A stretch of DNA of 64,000 nt from an uncultured Actinomycetes bacterium (GCA_963744515.1 CAVUTN010000008.1:22172-86171), one strand, 5' to 3'. Counted from the stretch's first letter, positions 44,753 through 54,129 are shown. Made by a program: numbers and translations. Notes: a model not told the origin generated them from the letters alone.

Positions 44753-46926
44753 TCAGTGCTGCGAGGTTCTGCCTACGGTGACCGCCTGTGCAAGCGAGCC
44801 ACGCCGGAAGGCACCCGCAACGACCTGATCGAATCCCTCTGCGTCGAGCCTGAAGACGCGCGTGGGGGTCCGGGCGATCACGGTCGCGGTCCTGGGCACG
44901 TCCGCGAGCAGTGCGACCTCGCCGAAGTGGCTTCCGGGTCCCAGGGTGTTGACGACCTGCCCGTCACGGATCACCTCGACCTGCCCGGTCCCGATCACGT
45001 AGAAGGCATCACCCGGTTGACCCTGCTCCACGAAGACCTCACCGGGGGCGACGTTCAGCCATCGTCCGTGGTCGAGGATCATGGCGATCTCGGTCGAGCC
45101 GAGTGAGGCGAACGGCGGAAGCCCGCGGAGCTCCGCGGCTTGCTGCAAGCGTCGGCTGGAATTCGGGAACGTGCACCATGTCCGACAGGAGCCGGTCGAA
45201 GGTGCTTTCGTCCACCTCGAACAGCTGCGCATCCGTGGTGGGGCGCACGGTCGCGGCCCGGGGGGCACCGTCGATCAACCCGAGCTCGCCGAACGTGTCG
45301 CCCGGCGCGAGGGTACGGATCACTCGCTCCTTCCCGGTTTCGAGATCCTCCTCGAGGACCTCCAGGCTCCCGGTGCGAACGATGAAGAAGGCATCCGGTC
45401 GATCCCCCTGCCGGAAGACCGGCTTGCCCGCAGGGTACCCCCTCAGGTTCACGCGGCCGGCGATATCCGAGAGCACGTCCTCGGGGAGGTCGTCGAACAT
45501 CGCCGACCGGTCGAGCAGCTCGGCGGCTTCCACACGCCACCGGGTCTGGAGCCGGAAGCGTACCTTGTCGAGGAGGCTCATCACCTTCTTCTTCGCCGCG
45601 CGCGCGAGCGCGATCAGCCCACGCAGGATCGGGCCCGCGATGAACAGTCCGAGCACGACGAGGAGCGCCTTGCCGATGACGCCCCCATCCCACAACTCCC
45701 GGATCAGTCCTCCGAAGATCGTTTCCCAGAAGAAGATCGACGTCCAGAGGCAGAACACCGTGAAGGCGATGCCGACGATCGCGTAGGCGGCCAGGCCGAC
45801 CTCCTGCTTCGTGATGCGCTCCCGTCCCCGGATCTTGCGCCATAGGTCGTAGCGGATGAACTGCAGCGAGCGTGGCCTCAGGTCCGGTACCTGGATCAGA
45901 TCCGCCAGGATGTAGTACCCGTCGAGCTCGAGGAGCGGTACCAGGTTCAGGAAGATCACGAAGTAGTTGATGACCGCCCACGTGAAGAGGAAGGGTGCGG
46001 CCGGCGACTCGGGGAACGCCCAGAGGTAGATCGAAGCGAAGGCCGACACGACGAGTTCCGCGAACGGGCCCGCGGCCGACTGCACGATCCGCTTGCCCCG
46101 GTCCAGCATGAGGGAGTCCGAAGCCTCGACGAAGAAGGCCGGGGACCCGAAGTAGATCATGAAGCCGGCACTCTTGATCTTCCGCCCCTGGTGAACGAGA
46201 ACGACCGCATGACCGAGCTCGTGCACGAACGTCAGGATGTAGTCCATGCCGAGCAGGATCAGCGTCTGGGCCGCGGGAGAGTCGCCCCCGAGATCGAAGC
46301 GATGGCTCTGCGTAGACGGCCACGAACGCCACGAGCCCCAGGACGGCAAGCACGAGCGCGGCGACCGCGACCGCCGGGATGAAGAAGAACCGCAGCCCAT
46401 GACGATAGAGCCAGGCGACGAGCTTGTGGGCTCCCGTCCAGTCGATCGAGAGCGTCTTGGCGAACTCTCGGGCCTTCGTCCTCGCCATCGTCGTGGGATG
46501 GGCCGCTCGCCGGACGATCTCCGTCGTGTCGACGTAATGCTCGGTCAGGAAGTTCCCGATCCGAAGCTGTCGGACCAGATCCACGACCCCGTCGAGCGCG
46601 AGATCGCCGGACTCCTGGAAGGACTCGACGACGATCTCCTTCACGGTCCGGGTCCCGTCCATGAGCGCGAGGAGCCTCGACGTCCTCGGGCCGGAGCTGG
46701 TAGTGCACGAGGTCCGTCGGGTTCGCGATCATGGCGTAGTCGTTGCCCCACCGGAGTTTGAACGCCTTCACCTCGATGTCGTCACGCAGGTGCGGGCGAT
46801 ACTCGGCCGGGTCCACCCGGTTCGCGAGGTCGGACCACAGTCCGCGGCCGTCGTGCTCGCGCGTGTCCCGATCGAGCTTCGCCGCGACGGTCGCGTAGAG
46901 CCTCCTCCGGAGCTGCGAAGGGTCAT
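44753..46926 (-). CDS. PqqD/RRE-like domain + M50 (site-2) metallopeptidase + two cNMP-binding domains (frameshifts near 46900, 46680, 46320, 45130)
   Basis: LLALMDGTRTVKEI (RRE-like), HELGH, AAGPF, NLVPLLELDG, GELGLIDGAPRAATV, GEVALLADVPRTATV. Confidence 0.82.
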
Positions 46927-47623
46927 GTGTCGGAGGCGCGACTCGCGCTCGGCCCGCAGGCGCTGATCGATCGTGCCGTAGAGCGAGAGCCGCGCTGGGG
47001 GCCGGCGCTTGGAAGCGAAGAGATTCCCGATCACGCCGCCGGCAAGGAGCGCGATCAGGATCGCCGCGATCACCGTCTCCCAGGTGATCCCGCCACTCTC
47101 GGGCGCTGCCAGCGACCGGGTGACCTCGGCCGACTCGCCGAAGATCGTCGACGACCCCGAGGACGAACCGAGCATCCTCCGGGATCGTCTTCACCACGTG
47201 CGCATCGACCTCGAAGGAGATGTTGGCCCCACCGGTGGTCACGATCACGTCGGCGCCGCTCACCCGCAGGTACGCGCTCGTCGCCACCGCGCCGGTGCCG
47301 ACGATGAGGTCCTGTTCGCCGACGATCAGCTTGTTGTCCTCGATGTCGAACCGCAGCTGATCGAGCTCCTGGTTCCCGGACATGATCGACGCCTCGAGGA
47401 GGTGGAGCGCCTGCCACCCACCGGGCATCGTCCCGTCGACACGGATCGTGAGCGTCGAGCCCGACGCGAGGGCACCCGACACCTGGCCGTTGACGCTCGG
47501 ACCGCTCGTCGGGCTCGGCGAGGTGGACTGCGCCGAGGCGGGACCCGCGGTCACGATCACCGCCACGAGGGCGGCGAGCAGCAACGACCCCTGCAACGCC
47601 GGTCGACGGATCACGGAGCGCAT
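46923..47623 (-). CDS. Exported protein with C-terminal membrane anchor (frameshift near 47140)
   Basis: Signal peptide ending GPASA, beta-rich core, TM VIAAILIALLAGGVIGNLFA followed by SKRR; ATGA overlap with the M50 gene. Confidence 0.7.
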
Positions 47624-47650
47624 CTTCGACCCGGGGGCGTCGGGACGCAA

Positions 47651-47689
47651 CGTGACGGAGGTCACCCCCCGTCCGTGCGCGACGTCACC
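47651..47689. promoter_or_regulatory. Two tandem Crp-type boxes in a divergent intergenic region
   Basis: CGTGA-N6-TCACC (47651-47666), CGTGC-N6-TCACC (47674-47689), 23 bp apart. Confidence 0.65.
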
Positions 47690-47758
47690 GCTCCTAGCAC
47701 GGACCCGGACGTAGGGTTCGCCGGAGGTTGAGCACCACATCGAGGAGGAGGTGCGGAG

Positions 47759-47929
47759 ATGCTGAGCGGAGAGATGGCCCGGTACCAGATCGGCGACCGC
47801 GTTCGCGAGGCCGAGGCCGACCGCCTTGCCCGGTCGACCCGCAGGAGCAGGGCCGCGGACTCGCGGGGCGTGGCCCGGCGCATCGGTCGTGCCGCCCTGG
47901 CGGCCGCCACCTGGCCCATCAAGCACTAG
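47759..47929 (+). CDS. 56-aa small protein missing from the ORF track
   Basis: RBS GAGGAGGAGG; MLSGEMARYQIGDRVREAEADRLARSTRRSRAADSRGVARRIGRAALAAATWPIKH*. Confidence 0.7.
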   Translation: MLSGEMARYQIGDRVREAEADRLARSTRRSRAADSRGVARRIGRAALAAATWPIKH

Positions 47930-48088
47930 CGTTCACGGCCCGGACATCCACGCGCCTCCGGGCCTTCATGGGCCCCCGATACGTTCCATCCGCCAAGAGA
48001 GAGCGGTTACGCCCCCTCTCGAGAGCGGGGGGTTCGGTCTCCGACCGGGCCCCCCGCGCCCCCCTCCCGCCAAGAAGCCGCGCAACGC

Positions 48089-50047
48089 TCAGGCGCCACC
48101 CGAGGAGAGGTTCTGGATCTCCAACGGCGGCAGGCGATCCGCCGGCTCGAACCCCAGGATCGTGCCGTAGAACGTGAGCTCGGCCGACAGTCCGCGCGAG
48201 ATGTTCTCCACCTTGCGGAACCCGTGCTGCTCGCCTTCGAACAGGAGGTAGGCGTATGGCAACCCCCGGTTCTCCAGGGCCTTGACGATGACCTCCGCCT
48301 GCGCGGGCGGGACCACCTCGTCCTCGTCGCCCTGCAGGATCAGCAGCGGGCTGGACAGGAGCTCGGCGTGCCGGACCGGCGAGCGTTCGGCCCACAGGTC
48401 GGCCGCCTCGGGCCACGGACCCACCAGGAGGTCGAGGTACTTGGACTCGAACTTGTGGGTGGTCTCGGCGAACGGCTCGAGATCCGAGACGCCGAAGTAG
48501 CTCGAGCCCGTCGCGAACGCGTCCCGGAACGTGAGCGCGCACAGCGTCGTCCATCCCCCCGCGCTCCCACCGGAGATCATCAGCCGCTCGGGGTCCGCGA
48601 GACCCCGCTCGACGAGGTGCTCGGCGGCCGCCACCGCGTCGTCGACGTCGGCCACGCCCCACCGGCCGTACAGGCTCTCGCGGAAGGCCCGGCCGTAGCC
48701 GGTGCTGCCGCGGTAGTTCACGTCGACACACGCGATCCCGCGGCTCGTGAAGAACTGCAGCTCGAGGTCCAGCTCCGGCCACACCTCGGACGTCGGTCCC
48801 CCGTGGACGTGCACGAGCAGCGGTGGGCGTTCGCCGTCGGGGGCGGTGGCGACCGCGTTCGTCGGCGGGTAGTAGTGCGCGAACGCGGTCTGGCCCTCGG
48901 TGGTCGGGAACTCGATCGGTTCGGGCACGGACAGGTACCCGGGGTCGAACCCCACAACGTCGTTCGCGCGCAGGACCTCGACCGCGCGCGTCGAGAAGTC
49001 GAGCGACACGACCTGCGTCGGCGTGGTCGGGCCGCCGGCGATGAACGCCAACCGCTGCCCCGAGACGCTGAGGGCCGCCTCGAAGGTCGCGTACGGCAGG
49101 TCCAGATCCAGGAGCTCTCGGGTCGTCGGATCGAGCAGCGCGAGGTGGTGGATGCCCCGCTCGCGGTACGCGCAGACGATCCTCCCGTCCGAGAGGAAGC
49201 CGTACGACGCGTAGCCGAACAGCCACATCGGCACGGCGAACTCGGCCGACATCGGGGCCAGGTTCGTAAGCTCACCGTCGGGCCCCTCCCGGTAGAGGTT
49301 CCACCAGTCGGTGCGATCGGAGACGAAGGTCAACGAGCCGTCGGGCGCCCAAGCCGGTTGGAAGATCGACTCGCGGTCACCGCCCGCGACCGCGCGCGAC
49401 GCGCCCGCCGATCCGTCGGACGCCACGTCGACCACGGCGAGCTCGCTGCCGTCCCAGGGCATCCGCGGGAAGTCCCAGGCGATGAACGCGACTCGCCCGC
49501 CCTCGGGCGACCAACGCGGGAACGCGTAGAAGTCCCGCCCGGATGCGAGCGTCGACGTCGACGATCCGTCGGCGGCGATCGCGACGAGCTCGTTGACGGG
49601 TGGCCCCTGGCCTTCGTGACGTTCGTGGACCGCCGCGATCCACCGGCCGTCGGCCGACACGTCCATATCGGCGTAGCGCAGACCGCGCGGGGTCGCGGGT
49701 TCGGGGGTGATCGCGGTGGGTTCGCCGCCGAGCTCCTGCCGGTACAACCGTTGGTCCTCGAGGTTGGCGAAGTAGGTGGTCGTCCCCCAGACGGCGTACG
49801 AACCGCCGCCGTACTCGTGCACCAGCGTCCGAACCGAGACCCCGGCCGGCGTCACGTCGAACGGCTCCCCGCCCGGATCCGAACGCACGACGACGGAACG
49901 ACCGCGTTCCTGGGGCCGGAGCTCGAGCCACGTGGTCGCGTCGCCGACCGCCCTCGTCTCGCTCAGCACCACCGAGGCCTCCGCGGCGCGATCGGCGGTG
50001 ATCGGCGACGGCCAGGACCCGTACGGGATGCGTTGCGCGTCGCTCAT
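48089..50047 (-). CDS. S9 family (prolyl oligopeptidase/acylaminoacyl) peptidase
   Basis: PYGSWPSPI, HGGPT, NYRGSTGYG, GGSAGG, QGDEDEVV, GEQHGF. Confidence 0.93.
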   Translation of the reverse strand: MSDAQRIPYGSWPSPITADRAAEASVVLSETRAVGDATTWLELRPQERGRSVVVRSDPGGEPFDVTPAGVSVRTLVHEYGGGSYAVWGTTTYFANLEDQRLYRQELGGEPTAITPEPATPRGLRYADMDVSADGRWIAAVHERHEGQGPPVNELVAIAADGSSTSTLASGRDFYAFPRWSPEGGRVAFIAWDFPRMPWDGSELAVVDVASDGSAGASRAVAGGDRESIFQPAWAPDGSLTFVSDRTDWWNLYREGPDGELTNLAPMSAEFAVPMWLFGYASYGFLSDGRIVCAYRERGIHHLALLDPTTRELLDLDLPYATFEAALSVSGQRLAFIAGGPTTPTQVVSLDFSTRAVEVLRANDVVGFDPGYLSVPEPIEFPTTEGQTAFAHYYPPTNAVATAPDGERPPLLVHVHGGPTSEVWPELDLELQFFTSRGIACVDVNYRGSTGYGRAFRESLYGRWGVADVDDAVAAAEHLVERGLADPERLMISGGSAGGWTTLCALTFRDAFATGSSYFGVSDLEPFAETTHKFESKYLDLLVGPWPEAADLWAERSPVRHAELLSSPLLILQGDEDEVVPPAQAEVIVKALENRGLPYAYLLFEGEQHGFRKVENISRGLSAELTFYGTILGFEPADRLPPLEIQNLSSGGA

Positions 50048-50919
50048 CCGCGCCAACGGCCGACGAGCACGCGCGTCACCTTGAACCCGCGATCCATCGT
50101 GCTCCGCACGTCCTCGAACCCGTTGCGTCGCAACACGGACGCGACCGCTCGCGCACGGTCGGGGCTGACCTCGATCAGCAGCCATCCGCCCGGTTTCAGC
50201 CACCGGGGACCCTCGGACGCCGACCGCCCGACGAGCCCGAGCCCGTCCAGGCTCTTGTCGGTGAGCGTGTGGACCGGCTCGAACCGCCGGATCTCCACGG
50301 GGAGCTCGTGGAGCTCGTCGCGAGCCACGTACGGCGGATGCAGGGTGATCACGTCCACGCGCCCGTGCAGGTCCTTCGGCAGACCGCCGAACAGGTCGCC
50401 CTTGGCGAACGTGGCGCGCAGCCGGAGCAGCTCCGCGTTCTCCCGCGCGACGCGGACGGCCGTGAGCGAGATGTCGGTGCCGAAGACCCGCACCCCCGGC
50501 ACCTCGTTCGCGATCGCCAGCGCGACGGTGCCGCCGCCGGTCGCGAGGTCGACCGCGACGGGGCGGCGTCGCCCGCGGAGCCTCCGCACCGCCTGCTCCG
50601 CGAGGTACTCGGTCGAATCGCGCGGCACGAACACCCCGGGCTTCGCCGCGATCTCCAACCCTCGGAAGACGGCGTGGCCCGTGATGAGCTGGACCGGTTC
50701 GCCGGACGCTCGGCGGGCGATCATCCGATCGAAGCGCCGGCGGACGTTCGCTGGGACCTCCGCGTTCGGAGCGACGCGGTCGACACCGAGCGCGTAGCCG
50801 AGCAGCTCGTCGGCCTCGATCTCCTCGCGATCGCGTTGCCAGTGATCGATCGCCGTGGACGCCTTGAGCGTCTCGACGGCATCGGTGAGGACCTCCTTCG
50901 CCTTCCTTGGCGCCTTCAT
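50044..50919 (-). CDS. HemK/PrmC-family N5-glutamine methyltransferase homolog (HPPY variant)
   Basis: RRASGEPVQLITG, VFVPRDSTE, VDLATGGG, TLHPPY, FEP, LKPGGWL. Confidence 0.85.
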   Translation of the reverse strand: MKAPRKAKEVLTDAVETLKASTAIDHWQRDREEIEADELLGYALGVDRVAPNAEVPANVRRRFDRMIARRASGEPVQLITGHAVFRGLEIAAKPGVFVPRDSTEYLAEQAVRRLRGRRRPVAVDLATGGGTVALAIANEVPGVRVFGTDISLTAVRVARENAELLRLRATFAKGDLFGGLPKDLHGRVDVITLHPPYVARDELHELPVEIRRFEPVHTLTDKSLDGLGLVGRSASEGPRWLKPGGWLLIEVSPDRARAVASVLRRNGFEDVRSTMDRGFKVTRVLVGRWRG

Positions 50920-50991
50920 CGGGCGAGCATCGTACCCGCCGCGACGCTCGGCCACCCTGCCGCTCGGGGGGTCACCGCTACAATCGCTTCC

Positions 50992-51378
50992 ATGCCCGAG
51001 GCCGCGAGATCCCCGAAACCCCGCCCTTCGAAGCCGCGCAAGAAGCGGGCGCCCACGGCCAAGACGGAGGACATCCGTCTGACCGGCGACCGGATCGTCG
51101 TCGAGAACCCCGACAGCGGGGAACGCACGTCCCGGAGCGGCCTGCTGATCCCGGCGACCGCCGCGCCGGCCCCCAAGCGCTGCGTGTGGGGCGAGGTGCT
51201 GCTGGTCGGACCCGAGGTCCGGACCGCGAAGGCGGGCGACCGGATCCTGTACCTGCCGCAGGCGGGCCTCGAGGTCGAGCTCGACGGGCGGGACTGCCTG
51301 CTGCTCCGCGAACGCGACGTGCAGGCGGTCTCCTCCTCGCCGAACGGCAAGGAGCACCAGCCCGGCCTCTACCTGTAG
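50992..51378 (+). CDS. GroES/Cpn10-like co-chaperonin paralog
   Basis: DRIVV, ERTSRSGLLIP mobile-loop region, VGPEVRTAKAGDRIL, LLLRERDV; ends GLYL. Confidence 0.85.
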   Translation: MPEAARSPKPRPSKPRKKRAPTAKTEDIRLTGDRIVVENPDSGERTSRSGLLIPATAAPAPKRCVWGEVLLVGPEVRTAKAGDRILYLPQAGLEVELDGRDCLLLRERDVQAVSSSPNGKEHQPGLYL

Positions 51379-51416
51379 AGGACGCCGAACCCCGCCGCCG
51401 AGCCGCAGGAAGGGAC

Positions 51417-51821
51417 TCAGGCGGGCACGAAGGTGAGCCGCAGGCGACGCTGGTCGTTCTCGCGGTTCGGGTCGACCACGACGACGCGCTGCCACGTGCC
51501 GAGCGCGAGGCGGCCGCCGTCCACCGGGATCGACAGCGACGGAGCCACGATCACGGGCAGCAGGTGGTCGCCGCCGTGACCGAGCGAGCCGTGCCGGTGC
51601 CGGTACCGGTCGTCGCGCGGCAGGAGGCGTTCGAGCAGGTCCTCGAGGTCGGCCTCGGAGCCCGACCCGGTCTCCATCAGCGCGACGCCCGCGGTCGCGT
51701 GCGGCACGAAGACGTTGACCAACCCGTCGCGGCCGTCCGACGCGCAGAACGCCTCGACGAGATCGGTGACGTCGACCACGCGGCGATCGCGCGTGTCGAG
51801 CCGATGTTCCTGGGAGCTCAT
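51417..51821 (-). CDS. yjbQ: YjbQ/UPF0047 family protein
   Basis: FVPHATAG, GHGGDH, LALGTWQ. Confidence 0.9.
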   Translation of the reverse strand: MSSQEHRLDTRDRRVVDVTDLVEAFCASDGRDGLVNVFVPHATAGVALMETGSGSEADLEDLLERLLPRDDRYRHRHGSLGHGGDHLLPVIVAPSLSIPVDGGRLALGTWQRVVVVDPNRENDQRRLRLTFVPA

Positions 51822-52431
51822 CCGGCCGGCTCGCCCCCGTCGTTCGGGGCGGAGCCGGGTGGCGGCGCAGGGACGTCCGGCATCGCGGGAGGGGTCGGCG
51901 GGACGCCCCGAACGTCCGCGCCGGTGCGCGACCAGCCGCGGAGGCCCTCCCCCGACGAGGCGACCGGCTCGTCTCGATACGCCGAGCGCGACCAGGGCAG
52001 CGACGATGCCCTGGATGCCGCCGGCGATCACCAGGTAGAGCCCGATCGCGATCGTGAGCTCGAGGAGGCCGCTGTCCAGCGCGCGCTCGACCTCGGCCCG
52101 GGGGAGCTCGGTCGCGGCAGCGTCGATGAGCTGGTCCCGGATCGTGACGGCCGTGTAGACCCCGACACCGGCCGCCACCAGACCGCCGATCGCCGCGCCG
52201 GGTCGCAGGCGAGCCATCGCCTGGTGCGATCCGGCCAGGACCCGGATCCCCCCCGCCACCATGACCGCGCCGGCGATGATCGCCGCCTTGCCCTCCCAGC
52301 CGTCGATCCCCTTCGCCTGCTCGGTGAACGGGCCCGCCGAGACCTCGGCCCAGGGCAGGAAGGAGCCCACGACCGCGCAGCACGCCACCGGCCAGGGCCA
52401 GCGCCCCCGCGAGGACGGCTCGACCCTGCAT
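51818..52431 (-). CDS. Membrane protein, paralog of the next gene (frameshifts)
   Basis: GSFLPWAEVS...KGIDGWEG...IAIGLYLVIAGG. Confidence 0.7.
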
Positions 52432-52436
52432 CGTCG

Positions 52437-53049
52437 CTAGACGCCGGGGTCGGGCGGCGAGGCCGGCGGAGGCATGGGGGCGGGCGGCGCTCCGGAGCGC
52501 CCATCGCGGCCCGGGCGGCGCGGGTGCGGCGGTCTGGCCGGCAACCGCGGGCTCGCCCGAACCACGCAGACCCAGGATCCCCCCGACGAGGGCCACGACG
52601 CCGCCGGCGATCACGACGTACAGGCCGATGCTGATCGTGACGCTGAGCTGCCCGGCGTCGATCGCCTGGTCCAGGGCCGTCCGCACCTGTTCGGCGGAGG
52701 CCCCGAAGGTCGGTGCGAGCTCCTCGGCCGCGGCGTCGAGCACGCTGTCCTTCGCCGTCATCGCGTCGTACACGCCGATGCCGCCCCCGACGATCCCCGC
52801 AAGGATCAGCAGGACCGCGAGCACCCGCTTGGTCCCCCTCGCCATCACGATCCCCGCCACGATCGCGACGAGACCGGCCACCAGCGTGATGTAGCCGTCC
52901 GAGCCGTCGACGCCCTTCGCCGTCACGCTCGTACCGCCGCCGGAGACCTCCGCCCAGGCCAGGAACGATCCCAGGGCCATCAAGGCGCCCCCGACGACCC
53001 CGAGGATCATCGCGATCGGTGCGCGTGGTGCGTTCTGCGTGTCGTTCAT
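52437..53049 (-). CDS. Membrane protein with Pro-rich tail (frameshift near the C-terminus)
   Basis: GSFLAWAEVS...KGVDGSDG...ISIGLYVVIAGG. Confidence 0.75.
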
Positions 53050-53157
53050 TCGGGCCTCCCAGCTCCCGGCGAGCGCCGGTCGCCGGCCATCCTTCCATCT
53101 AGGCACGGTCGCGTCGAGCGCATCCTCCAGAGCCGTCCGAACGAGACGCGCTCCGGC

Positions 53158-53185
53158 TTGACGATTACGTGTAATCGTGTAATCT
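53158..53185 (+). promoter_or_regulatory. Promoter TTGACG-N16-TAATCT with palindrome ACGATTAC-GT-GTAATCGT and tandem GTGTAATC repeats
   Basis: Read directly; ATG follows 8 nt after the -10 hexamer. Confidence 0.7.
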
Positions 53186-53193
53186 CGAGCGCC

Positions 53194-53721
53194 ATGAACC
53201 CACACGGCACCGCCTCGATGGACGAACTGGGCGGCTGGTTCGCCGGCAGGATCCCGGCCGACTGGTTCGCCGGAACCCCGGAGGTCGTCGCCGACCGGGA
53301 CGAGATCCTGGTCGTCGGGACGCTCTCGGACCCCGAACTCCCCTCGGACGCGACGGCCGAGGCGGCCGCGGCGGCTCGCGTCGCGCGGATCGACGGCTTC
53401 CGCGAGGACACGCGCGAACACCGGATGCGGATCGCGCAGGAGGCCCAGCACCGGTTCGGGCGCCGCGTCTCGTGGGGCGCGTCCTGCGGCGACGTCCGCA
53501 AGCTGTTCACCACGGTGAGCGTGCCGGCGATGACCCGGCTCCGCCTGGACGAGCGCCGGGTGCTCGACACGCTCGTCGAGGGGGGCGTCGCGCGTTCGCG
53601 CAGCCACGCGCTCGCCTGGTGCGTGCGTCTGGTCGCGCAGAAGCAGGACGAGTGGCTCAAGGACCTGCGCGACGCGCTCTCGGGCGTGGAGAAGGTGCGG
53701 GGCGAGGGCCCCACCTCGTAG
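53194..53721 (+). CDS. Conserved actinobacterial hypothetical protein
   Basis: VPAMTRLRLDERRVLDTLVEGGVARSRSHALAWCVRLV resembles a family I recall from actinobacteria (not database-checked). Confidence 0.75.
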   Translation: MNPHGTASMDELGGWFAGRIPADWFAGTPEVVADRDEILVVGTLSDPELPSDATAEAAAAARVARIDGFREDTREHRMRIAQEAQHRFGRRVSWGASCGDVRKLFTTVSVPAMTRLRLDERRVLDTLVEGGVARSRSHALAWCVRLVAQKQDEWLKDLRDALSGVEKVRGEGPTS

Positions 53722-53725
53722 CGCG

Positions 53726-53920
53726 CTAGTCCGCGCCGAGCCCCATCCGATACAGCTGCGTGCCGCCTTCCTCGTCGACCAGGATGACGGCGAGGACGCC
53801 GTTCTCCAGGAGCTCGGGCCAGGACGACCCGATCCAGTCCTCGGCGGCGTCGGTGTCCGCGAACCGGGGCGAGCGCCCGACCTCCTCGCCGGAGCCGTCG
53901 AGATAGGTCCAGGCGAACAT
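53726..53920 (-). CDS. Small hypothetical protein
   Basis: MFAWTYLDGSGEEVGRSPRFADTDAAEDWIGSSWPELL; ATGA coupling with the upstream gene. Confidence 0.65.
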   Translation of the reverse strand: MFAWTYLDGSGEEVGRSPRFADTDAAEDWIGSSWPELLENGVLAVILVDEEGGTQLYRMGLGAD

Positions 53921-54129
53921 CAGGCCCGCCGGATCCCCACGATCATGTTGACGGCCTTGGTCACCATCACGCGCTCCCCCGCCTCGAGATCCTCCGGCAC
54001 GCTCTCGGGACCCAGGCGGGCGGTCTCGAGCATCCGGTCCGGGTAGACGACCGTGACGTCCACGTAGCCCACCCCGTGGACGTCCCACGGCTTGACCTCG
54101 ACGACCACGGCCTCGAGCTCGCCCAACAT
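53920..54129 (-). CDS. Small hypothetical beta-rich protein
   Basis: MLGELEAVVVEVKPWDVHGVGYVDVTVVYPD; TAGCCT 8 nt upstream. Confidence 0.6.
   Translation of the reverse strand: MLGELEAVVVEVKPWDVHGVGYVDVTVVYPDRMLETARLGPESVPEDLEAGERVMVTKAVNMIVGIRRA

Noticed and set aside
43400-47950. Horizontally acquired island
   Set aside because: No integrase, tRNA, direct repeats or convincing GC shift visible by eye; it would need a computed GC/codon profile.
50044-53607. 1187-aa ORF ending in the HemK domain
   Set aside because: Chance read-through across several separate genes; the HemK gene has its own start at 50919.
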